Positions 56,253 through 64,000 of a DNA stretch of 64,000 bases are shown piece by piece. Source of the stretch: an uncultured Candidatus Saccharibacteria bacterium (GTDB lineage Bacteria; Patescibacteriota; Minisyncoccia; Phycocordibacterales; UBA9973); NCBI GenBank assembly GCA_964645245.1, contig CAZYBS010000002.1, forward strand, positions 18,161-82,160, in the 5' to 3' direction. Every line of letters starts with the position of its first letter. Within the stretch, counting starts at the first letter, position 1. The notes under the pieces were generated by a model. The model was not told the origin of the DNA. It did no database searches and saw nothing but the letters and a program-made list of their open reading frames with translations. The position numbers and the translations under genes were made by a program.

Positions 56253-57476
56253 CTAGTGACTAGGTTCTAGTAATAATTGAACTGCTTTATCCATCTGCGG
56301 GTCCTTTTTACTTTCTAAATCCTTTTTATTTATTTCCACGAGGAAATCCGGAGTCAATCCTTCTTCGGCAATCAAATTTCCATTCGGCGTAAGCCATTTG
56401 GCCACCGTAATTTTCAAAAGGGTATCCGGAGTGACTTTCACCGTTTCTTGTACCGAGCCTTTGCCAAAACTTTTATCACCCACTAATTTGGCGCGTCCGT
56501 GGTCTTGCATTGCGCCGGCGACAATTTCCGATGCCGAAGCGGACCCGCTGTTTATCAAAATAACAAACTTCAACTTATCATTGAATATATTATAACCTCT
56601 GCTCCTGAATATTTCCGGTTTTTTGTCATCGCCATAGTCTTCGGTCACAATGGTTTTCCCTCCCGGCAGGAACCAGCTTGATATATCAACAGCCGCGTCC
56701 AAATACCCGCCCGGATTTCCTCGCAAATCCAGTATTAGCTTGTCGGTTCCGGACCGGGCAAAGTTTTGAATTGCATTACGGAAAAGATTGGCCGAATTAG
56801 CCGAAAAACTATAAAGCTTGAGTACAAAAATGCCATCTGGCCGGAGTTCCGTATCCAGAGTCGGTATGTTGATAATATCTCTGACAATTTTTATTTCTAT
56901 CGGGTCCTTGTCTCCTTCGCGAAAAATCGTGAGCATGACCGTCGTGCCTTTTTCTCCGCGAATTAATTTAATTGCCTTTTCAATGCTCAAGCCGGCAGTG
57001 ACTGTTTTATCAATTTTCAGAATTTTATCACCCGGCTTGATATTTGCCCGATAAGCGGGGGTGTCTTTAAGCGGAGCGATAACGGTCAGTACTTTATCTT
57101 TTATACCAACTTCCATGCCGACCCCGGTAAAATTACCGGCTATTTCGTCTTCAAATGATTTTGCCTCGTCCGGATTGAAAAAGACGCTGTATGGGTCATC
57201 TAAAGAGCCCACCAGGCCCGAAATAGCCCCATAAATTCGGTTCTGATCATTTATTTTGCCAGCTTTTGGATATTTTTCGTTAATGGTATTCCAAACTTTC
57301 CAAAAAGGAGAAAAGTCTGCCTTGGTTGCGACTTCCGTCTGCTTATTGGAGAGACCCATAACTTTATCTATTTCGGGACGGTTATGGTTGCCGATATAAA
57401 CGCCCCCCAAAAAAGTAAGAAAAAATAGAGCGACGGACAGAGTGACATTAGTGATGTGTCTTGTTTTATCCAGCAT
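56253..57476 (-). CDS. C-terminal processing peptidase (S41, Ctp)
   Basis: PDZ and S41 domains with GNPGGYLDAAV and SGSASASEIVAGAMQD. Confidence 0.85.
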   Translation of the reverse strand: MLDKTRHITNVTLSVALFFLTFLGGVYIGNHNRPEIDKVMGLSNKQTEVATKADFSPFWKVWNTINEKYPKAGKINDQNRIYGAISGLVGSLDDPYSVFFNPDEAKSFEDEIAGNFTGVGMEVGIKDKVLTVIAPLKDTPAYRANIKPGDKILKIDKTVTAGLSIEKAIKLIRGEKGTTVMLTIFREGDKDPIEIKIVRDIINIPTLDTELRPDGIFVLKLYSFSANSANLFRNAIQNFARSGTDKLILDLRGNPGGYLDAAVDISSWFLPGGKTIVTEDYGDDKKPEIFRSRGYNIFNDKLKFVILINSGSASASEIVAGAMQDHGRAKLVGDKSFGKGSVQETVKVTPDTLLKITVAKWLTPNGNLIAEEGLTPDFLVEINKKDLESKKDPQMDKAVQLLLEPSH

Positions 57477-57485
57477 AATTAGATG

Positions 57486-57689
57486 TTATATATTTTCTGA
57501 AAAATTATCAAAAGTTTTCTCTTCTTTAATTTCCTCTGTTTTAGATTCTTGATATAGCATGTAGCTGAAATAAATGAGCCCGAGTCCGGAGAGAGTGAAT
57601 AAGATATCTTTCCAAGCATAGGGAAAACCCAAGTACGGCAAAACTGCCACCCAAATGCCTAAAATTAAAAGTATCCGCGCTTTGCTCAT
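57486..57689 (-). CDS. Small 2-TM membrane protein
   Basis: 67 aa, hydrophobic; its start overlaps the stop of the upstream gene. Confidence 0.4.
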   Translation of the reverse strand: MSKARILLILGIWVAVLPYLGFPYAWKDILFTLSGLGLIYFSYMLYQESKTEEIKEEKTFDNFSENI

Positions 57690-59113
57690 AAAATTTTAAG
57701 AGTAAATGTCTCCCAGATCCAAGCCGCAATTCGGTCGGCGGCGACCCAGCGTCCCCCACCGCTTTCTGCTACTACAAAGTTAATTCCATTCCAGGTACGG
57801 ATAGAAATCTGACTACCGTTAACGATAGTCGGATAACCCTGAATATTTTGAACAGTAAATGTTTCCCACGGACCAAGCGCCCGAGCGGTGGCATCCATGG
57901 TGGACCCGCCTCCGCCCTCGGCTCTGAAATAATAGCCCGAGTCCGTGCTAAACCCAACCGAATCACCGCTGATAAGCTGCCCTCCGTTAAGGTCGGTCAT
58001 TGTGAATGTCTCCCAGGCATAAGCATTATTCCTGTTCGCATTGATAATCCCTCCTCCGTTCAATTCCGCCACGACATACTGGCCGTTATTAGCCTGCAAG
58101 TTGACTGTATAGGTCGCCGGAGGCAAAGGAGTCGGGGCGGGAACCACGCAGTAGGGGTCTCCCAGCATCTGACAACCGATTGATTTTTGGTGATAAACAA
58201 GATCGGGATAGCTTCTGACTCCTATGAAGCCACTGGTATTAGCGTAAATAAACCACAAGAAAGATTGTATATTGTATTTTCCGCTTAAAGCTAGGTCTGA
58301 ATACCATTGCATCTGACACTTAGATAGCATCTTCCACGGACCACCGACAAAAGAAGGAGCAACCATCATCATCGGCTTATTATATTTCACGGCAGCATCA
58401 AAATATAGCAACACTTCCTGATTAAATTTAGTTTTCTGATCCGAACTGCAATATTCATGGTCGGGTATGTAGTAAGCATCAATACCAAGAACGTCAACGT
58501 TAGACGGTGGAGTTGGATAAGGCAAAATATTTTCAACAATAACCGTTGGGATGCCAGGAAATGTATTCTTAACATCACTGATTATCTTTTCCAGATATGA
58601 CTTGGCGATGGCAAACTTTTGTTCTTTGGTTTTGCCTTGAAATATTGGCCATTTATCGTAGTACCCCTGACTAATAAGCACATACCATTCCTCATAAATG
58701 GCTATGTAGGCAAGGGATGACATAAAGTTAGTATTTACCATGTCCTGCTTGATTTTATTTAAATAGGCACGCCTGGCTGTCGCATTAACAAATAATGTCT
58801 GGTCTGTATCTGTTCCGAAAGGCACTTGCAGCATTGCTTTAACTCCGGCGTTTCTTATCCGGCTTGCGGCTGTCGGATCCCAACTATTATTGGAGCCATT
58901 GTCGTATCGTACATTGATGATATTGATCGAGCCCTTGACCTCGTTAATATACGCCTGGTTCTTTGCCGGATCTTCAACGAAATAATAACCGTAATATTTG
59001 GGGGCGCTGGCTTGAGAAAAAGAAAAAGGACCCCACAAAGACAGGGTCACAGCGACCACAAATGAAATAGCAAAAATAAAGATTAAGTGTCCGCGTTTAA
59101 TGTGTTTTCTCAT
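57686..59113 (-). CDS. Secreted protein with a glycoside-hydrolase-like N-terminal domain and three C-terminal beta-trefoil (fascin-like) repeats
   Basis: Signal/TM at the N-terminus; three repeats of ..GGG...A.R....WETF.. at the C-terminus. Confidence 0.5.
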   Translation of the reverse strand: MRKHIKRGHLIFIFAISFVVAVTLSLWGPFSFSQASAPKYYGYYFVEDPAKNQAYINEVKGSINIINVRYDNGSNNSWDPTAASRIRNAGVKAMLQVPFGTDTDQTLFVNATARRAYLNKIKQDMVNTNFMSSLAYIAIYEEWYVLISQGYYDKWPIFQGKTKEQKFAIAKSYLEKIISDVKNTFPGIPTVIVENILPYPTPPSNVDVLGIDAYYIPDHEYCSSDQKTKFNQEVLLYFDAAVKYNKPMMMVAPSFVGGPWKMLSKCQMQWYSDLALSGKYNIQSFLWFIYANTSGFIGVRSYPDLVYHQKSIGCQMLGDPYCVVPAPTPLPPATYTVNLQANNGQYVVAELNGGGIINANRNNAYAWETFTMTDLNGGQLISGDSVGFSTDSGYYFRAEGGGGSTMDATARALGPWETFTVQNIQGYPTIVNGSQISIRTWNGINFVVAESGGGRWVAADRIAAWIWETFTLKIL

Positions 59114-59191
59114 TTACATTTAATTATAGCCCCTCAGACTAAAAACACAAGCAAAAGTTTTCCACTGCTGAAATCTTATGTATTAAAGTGA

Positions 59192-60865
59192 TTACTTAAA
59201 ATATTCCGGAGTATTGATAGACATCCAGTCTAGCAGTTGGCGCATAATGGGGGGCGCGCCGGCCCCGCCGCCGGCGGGGCCGGCTTCCATCATAATTGCG
59301 AACGCGTATTTTGGATTTTCGTACGGGAAAAAACCGATGACCCAAGAGTTTACTTTATTTTTTGCGACACCCAGTTGTGCCGTACCGGTCTTGGCGGCGA
59401 CTTCTATATAAGGTACATTTAACGCTGCGGCGGTGCCGTAAGAGACCGCTTGCCTCATTCCCCTATGCACAACATCAAAATATTCTTTTTTTATATTTAT
59501 TATAGAAACTTGGTTTTCCTTTTCGGTATCACCCAATATAAAATGGGGGTTTACGAGCTTGCCATTATTCGCAATAGCTCCTACCGCGCGCGCCATTTCT
59601 ATTAAAGTAACTTGGAACCCGTACTGCCCGATAGCAGTGTGATAAGTGTCTCCAACGCGCCAGGGGTCGCCTTTGAAATTTTCCATTTTCCACTGTGGAC
59701 TGGGAACAGTGCCTCCTTTTTCATCCGGCAAATCAACTCCAGTTTTCTCTCCAACGCCGAAAAGTTTGGCATACTTCCCAATATTCACGATTCCGAGGCC
59801 TTTTTGCTCTTCAAATCCTCCTCCAATTGTATAAAAATAAACATCCGAAGAAACAGCCAGAGCTTGCGCCATATCCGTCCAACCGTGCGCCTTCCAATCT
59901 TTAAAAATATTCTTTTGATTTGGGAAATAAGGATTTGGGATTGAAATAGAGCCGGTTGAAAGAATTTTTTTATCTGGATCAATCACACCTTCCATTAAAG
60001 CGCCTAAAGCAAAAAAGGGCTTGACGATTGAACCTGGAGTATAAAGTCCGGAAACAACTCTGTCTAAAAAGAATTTTCTTTTATCAGTTATATAGTTTTT
60101 AATCTTATTTACGTCTTTGCCTAGAGATAAAATTTCTGAATTATATTCTGGAAAACTAGTAGCAGTTATAATTTCTCCATTTCGAACGTCCATTATAATT
60201 CCAGCCCCGCCGGTAAAAGAATTACTTTCCGATAGATTTTTAATAAGAGAAAACAACTGCTTTTGAATTCGTGAATCAATGCTTGTTATCAAATCGTCCC
60301 CTCGCTTTGGGGCATTTATGATGTTTTCTGAATGTATTTCTCCTAACGCGTTTATTTCTATTATCTTTGACCCGTTTTCACCTTTTATTTTATTATTGTA
60401 TTCTTTTTCGAGCCCATCTTTGCCTATAAACTCACTTTGCCAGTAGCGTCCCGCATTGTCTTTTGTCGGATAGCTCACATAGCCCAGTATGTGCGAGAAT
60501 CCCGGCGATATATAAGCACGGGTGGAAATAACAGATAAGTCCTCCATTTTCTTGTTCCAAGTTAGTTCTTTTTTATTTCTATCGTAAATTATCCCTCTTT
60601 CACTGAAAATAGTGACTTTTTCCAGGGTATTGTTCTCGCTTCTTTTTCTATAGCTATCTCCATTCGCGACTTGGAGGTATACTAGTCGAGTCCCGAATAT
60701 TAAAGTTATAGTCAGAAAAAAAATGCCCAGAAGTAGAATAGTTTTTTTAGGAATCGGTTTTTCTATCCGGCCTTCAAATTGTTGGCGGTCAAAGTTCTGC
60801 AAATTTTTAGAATCAAGAAAAATTTCATCCGGATCAACAAAAAGGTTTTTATTTTTATCAAACAT
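59192..60865 (-). CDS. Class B penicillin-binding protein (PBP2/FtsI-like transpeptidase)
   Basis: SIVKPF (SxxK), SSD(SxN-like) and KTGTA motifs, plus an N-terminal TM. Confidence 0.8.
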   Translation of the reverse strand: MFDKNKNLFVDPDEIFLDSKNLQNFDRQQFEGRIEKPIPKKTILLLGIFFLTITLIFGTRLVYLQVANGDSYRKRSENNTLEKVTIFSERGIIYDRNKKELTWNKKMEDLSVISTRAYISPGFSHILGYVSYPTKDNAGRYWQSEFIGKDGLEKEYNNKIKGENGSKIIEINALGEIHSENIINAPKRGDDLITSIDSRIQKQLFSLIKNLSESNSFTGGAGIIMDVRNGEIITATSFPEYNSEILSLGKDVNKIKNYITDKRKFFLDRVVSGLYTPGSIVKPFFALGALMEGVIDPDKKILSTGSISIPNPYFPNQKNIFKDWKAHGWTDMAQALAVSSDVYFYTIGGGFEEQKGLGIVNIGKYAKLFGVGEKTGVDLPDEKGGTVPSPQWKMENFKGDPWRVGDTYHTAIGQYGFQVTLIEMARAVGAIANNGKLVNPHFILGDTEKENQVSIINIKKEYFDVVHRGMRQAVSYGTAAALNVPYIEVAAKTGTAQLGVAKNKVNSWVIGFFPYENPKYAFAIMMEAGPAGGGAGAPPIMRQLLDWMSINTPEYFK

Positions 60866-61121
60866 AAAATTTAAGTTTCTTTTTGAAAAATTCTACTAAC
60901 ACCAGAAACAAAATAAAAATAATAGAAGAGATAAAAACCATGTCGAAAAATCTAGCCTCTTTTACCCCAAAAAGTAAATCTGATAGAAAAAGCAAAATAA
61001 CGGCTTCTAGAAAAAAAGAGAAATAGGCCATGCCGGCAAAGGCCAAAATAGCAGATACCCCAAAAGGCATAAAAAGCACTGAAAATAAAAGTATGATAGA
61101 AGCTAAAATACGAAGTGCCAT
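60858..61121 (-). CDS. Small polytopic membrane protein (MreD-like position upstream of PBP2; speculative)
   Basis: 87 aa and very hydrophobic. Confidence 0.35.
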   Translation of the reverse strand: MALRILASIILLFSVLFMPFGVSAILAFAGMAYFSFFLEAVILLFLSDLLFGVKEARFFDMVFISSIIFILFLVLVEFFKKKLKFYV

Positions 61122-61957
61122 ATATAACGTAGCAAAAAGAAAATAATAAAGGCTAAAATAATATAGAAAATGAATTTGTTGTTAAAAATAAAAGATAAAA
61201 AAGTAAAAAAGAAAAGTTCTGTATATTTAAAAGGTTTTAAAAATTTACTTGCTTCCGTGTTTTCTGTATCTCCTGAAGTTTTTGCATTATTTAAGGCTTT
61301 TATCTGGTTCTGCACTGTTTCTTTTTCTTCTTTTAAGAATGTGCCTGTATCAGAACGAAGTTTTTCAATTGTATTGGTAGTCAGAATGACAGGTTTAGTT
61401 ATAAACTCCGGTGTTTTTTCCTCTATTACTTTTTCAATATTTTTAATTGATTCGGAGCCAATGCTGCTAACACTATCTATTATTGAATCAGGATTTTCGC
61501 TTATGTTGGTGGTCTTTAAAATTATTTTTTTACTTACTGTACGTGAGCTTTTGCTTGTTTCATTCTCGGCCAGATATACTTCTTCATACTTCCCTTTGGA
61601 TACTAAAAATTTAGCATTTTCAATTTTGCCAAAAATGTTATGAGCTCCAACCGTTGCCATCCAATCTATAGATATATCTTTAACGCCTTTGGCCAGAGCG
61701 ATGAAATCTTTTTTACCTAAAAAAATATTATTGTCAAAAAAAACCACCGTCCCCGACAATTCCCTTTCGTCCGGATTGAAAATTAAAGTGTAGATTTTAA
61801 TTTTATCTCCTTCCTCAAATGGATCTATAGAATACCAAATATTTCCCGGCACAAAACCGGCGTTCGAAACCTGCGCATAGCTTTTTATTGGCAAGATGGT
61901 AAATAGTAGAAATAAAATTATTACAGTTTTTTTAGACATTATATTACTTTGAAGCAA
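61103..61957 (-). CDS. Hypothetical bitopic protein (N-terminal signal, C-terminal TM)
   Basis: 284 aa; Ser/Thr/Lys-rich middle region. Confidence 0.4.
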   Translation of the reverse strand: MLQSNIMSKKTVIILFLLFTILPIKSYAQVSNAGFVPGNIWYSIDPFEEGDKIKIYTLIFNPDERELSGTVVFFDNNIFLGKKDFIALAKGVKDISIDWMATVGAHNIFGKIENAKFLVSKGKYEEVYLAENETSKSSRTVSKKIILKTTNISENPDSIIDSVSSIGSESIKNIEKVIEEKTPEFITKPVILTTNTIEKLRSDTGTFLKEEKETVQNQIKALNNAKTSGDTENTEASKFLKPFKYTELFFFTFLSFIFNNKFIFYIILAFIIFFLLRYIWHFVF

Positions 61958-63326
61958 GTTTGGAAGCTAGTCCGGTATAATTTTGAGGGGTGATTTTTAA
62001 TAACTCTTTCTTTATCTTATCGCTAACTTCCAAAGTGCTAATAAATTTATGAATATTAAGAAGCCTAGTTTGTTTGCCGCGAGTCAGGCCTTTTAATCTT
62101 TCATATGGCATTTTTACGCCCTCGCGCCGCAGAATCGTCTGGATGGCTTCGGCTATAACTTCAGGATGTGCATTTAAAACTTCACGGACTTTATTCTCGT
62201 TTACTTTGATGTTCGCTAAACCCTTAAGAAGATATTCATACGCGATAAGTGAATGTGAAAATGCCGTGCCAATGTTGCGTGATACAGTAGAATCAGACAA
62301 ATCTCTCTGTAATCTAGAAATTGGCAATTTTCTGCCGAAAAATTCGAATAAAGCATTTGCAAGCCCCAAGTTGCCCTCGCTATTTTCGAACTTTATAGGA
62401 TTTATCTTGTGAGGCATAGTGGAAGAGCCGACATCACCAATCGGCTTTTGCACTATCCACTCATCGCTAATATAACGCCAAATGTCCTGGTTCATATCTA
62501 GAAGAATAGTGTTTATTCTTCTTAAATTATCAAAAATTTCTACATAAGAATCATGCGGCTCGATTTGAGTAGTAAATAAATTAGGAACTAGATGAAAAAT
62601 ACTAGGCGTAAAATCAGATAAGGTTTTAATAAAATGTTCTGTAAAATTTATCCAGTCCACGTCCGGAAAAGCCACTAAGTGTGCATTGTAATTGCCGGTA
62701 GCGCCGTTTAGCTTGCAAAGAATTTCTTGCTTGGATAGATGGCTTACTTGGCGTTCTAGTCGAGAAGAAAAAATCTTGAATTCTTTCCCAAAAGTGGTTG
62801 GGGTAGCACCCTGACCATGAGTTTGAGCTAGCATACTAAGATCGCTATGCTTTTTTGCTAAATGATTGATTTCTTTTACTACTTGGTCTAGTTGTTTTAA
62901 TAATAATACGATGCCGTCTCGTAGCATTAACGCATAAGCTAGGTTGATAGTATCTTCGCTGGTTAATCCAAAATGAATCCATTCTAAAGTATCCTTAAGC
63001 GAAGTTTCCACCAGTTTTTCTTTCATGAAATACTCTACTGCTTTAGTGTCATGATCAGTGGCCTTGATATTCTTGTAACCCTTTATTTCAATATCAGAAA
63101 TTATTTGCGCACCTTCGTCTGTCAAATTATAAAGGGCTCTAATTAATTTTTTTTCTTTGGTAGTTATCTTTCTTAATTTGATTTTTAATTCAGAAAGTGC
63201 AATCAAATACTCTCCTTCGACAATAATTCGATATTGCATAAATCCTTTCTCGCTAAAAATTGAGGCAAGCGCAGAAGTGATTTTTCCGTAACGTCCATCT
63301 ATTGGTGAAATTGAATTTAATGACAT
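61944..63326 (-). CDS. purB: Adenylosuccinate lyase
   Basis: SPIDGRYG and the fumarate-lyase signature GSSTMPHKINP. Confidence 0.9.
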   Translation of the reverse strand: MSLNSISPIDGRYGKITSALASIFSEKGFMQYRIIVEGEYLIALSELKIKLRKITTKEKKLIRALYNLTDEGAQIISDIEIKGYKNIKATDHDTKAVEYFMKEKLVETSLKDTLEWIHFGLTSEDTINLAYALMLRDGIVLLLKQLDQVVKEINHLAKKHSDLSMLAQTHGQGATPTTFGKEFKIFSSRLERQVSHLSKQEILCKLNGATGNYNAHLVAFPDVDWINFTEHFIKTLSDFTPSIFHLVPNLFTTQIEPHDSYVEIFDNLRRINTILLDMNQDIWRYISDEWIVQKPIGDVGSSTMPHKINPIKFENSEGNLGLANALFEFFGRKLPISRLQRDLSDSTVSRNIGTAFSHSLIAYEYLLKGLANIKVNENKVREVLNAHPEVIAEAIQTILRREGVKMPYERLKGLTRGKQTRLLNIHKFISTLEVSDKIKKELLKITPQNYTGLASKLASK

Positions 63327-63331
63327 AATAT

Positions 63332-64000
63332 TTATATTTGATAATTTCTAAGATTATTTTCTATTCTTTTGGCAATATCTCCATTTTCAACTTTGAAAGG
63401 AATGCCGGTAATTTGCTCGCAAATTTTTACATATCTTCTGGAGAGCTCAGCCACCATTTCTGCCGGAGCTTCTGGCAATTTTTCATCTTTATAAGGGTCG
63501 CAGTTGTCTTTGAACCACAAACGCAAAAATTCCTTGTCAAAATTTTCCGGTTCTAAACCATTCCTGATGCGCTCTTCATAAGTTTTTGCTTGCCAATATC
63601 TGGAAGAATCGGGAGTGTGGATTTCATCTATTAACATTATTTCCCCATTTTTCGTAAGTCCAAATTCATATTTCGTATCTACTAAAATTAGTCCTCTATC
63701 TAGGGCTATTTCTTGCCCGCGGGCAAAAAGTTTTAAAGCTATATCAGAAACTTTTTGCCAAATTGCCGGCGTCATAATTTTTTCTTCCAAAATAATTTTG
63801 CTAGTCAGAGGCCTATCGTGGGCTTCAAATTTTGTGGTGGGAGTTATGACCGGTTTTCCCAATTTTTGATTTTTATGCATGCCATCCGGCAAAATAAAAT
63901 CACCAAAATCTCTTAAGCCTTTTTGGTACAGCGTCCAGGTGGAAGTGCCAGTCACCCCGGTAATATAACCGCGCACTACCATTTCCACCGGAAGCACGGT
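63332..64000 (-). CDS. purC: SAICAR synthetase (N-terminus lies beyond the window)
   Basis: VVRGYITG...LILVDTKYEFG...DEIHTPDSSRYW. The minus-strand ORF is still open at the window edge. Confidence 0.8.
   Translation of the reverse strand, partial: TVLPVEMVVRGYITGVTGTSTWTLYQKGLRDFGDFILPDGMHKNQKLGKPVITPTTKFEAHDRPLTSKIILEEKIMTPAIWQKVSDIALKLFARGQEIALDRGLILVDTKYEFGLTKNGEIMLIDEIHTPDSSRYWQAKTYEERIRNGLEPENFDKEFLRLWFKDNCDPYKDEKLPEAPAEMVAELSRRYVKICEQITGIPFKVENGDIAKRIENNLRNYQI

Noticed and set aside
1-64000. CRISPR array, tRNA or rRNA genes
   Set aside because: No run of regularly spaced direct repeats was seen, and no intergenic region long enough with tRNA-like cloverleaf potential. The Cas2-fold proteins are PaaX-like regulators, not part of a cas locus.

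Overview
The window has low GC overall (roughly 35-40% by eye) and is densely packed with housekeeping genes of a reduced-genome bacterium. Gene content and style fit Patescibacteria/CPR-like organisms, but that placement is inference. Confident housekeeping calls are dnaK, dnaJ, cysS, trpS, aspS, gltX, dnaB, recR, rplU, rpmA, rplI, scpAB, pepN, alr, purB, purC (partial), a riboflavin cluster (flavokinase, ribE, ribH, ribBA, ribD), a cell-wall block (mraY, ftsW, murG, PBP2, M23 and M15 peptidases, Ctp) and an ABC transporter. Four things stand out beyond that. (1) A five-member paralogous family of 560-590 aa cysteine-rich proteins has invariant N- and C-terminal zinc-ribbon-like modules; two tandem pairs and one singleton lie in the window. 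(2) Between dnaK and dnaJ sits a ~10 kb insertion with two paralogous soluble VirD4/TraG-superfamily P-loop ATPases flanking one tandem pair of those proteins, an ArsR-type regulator, an AlkA-like glycosylase and a NUDIX hydrolase; this is a candidate uncharacterised system. (3) Several sharply GC-richer islands (18.1-19.1 kb, 36.1-37.05 kb, 37.7-39.05 kb and 40.8-41.4 kb) carry an unknown protein, a GNAT-like enzyme, a CysK-like PLP enzyme and a nitroreductase, with strong Shine-Dalgarno sites and GC hairpins; they look horizontally acquired. (4) A diverged, inverted duplicate of a two-gene cassette (a small 4-Cys protein plus a small 2-TM protein) flanks the rib locus. Two TrpR/YerC-like regulators sit next to ACTAG/AGTACT-core palindromes, and a short intergenic repeat recurs three times. 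No CRISPR array, rRNA or tRNA gene was recognised.
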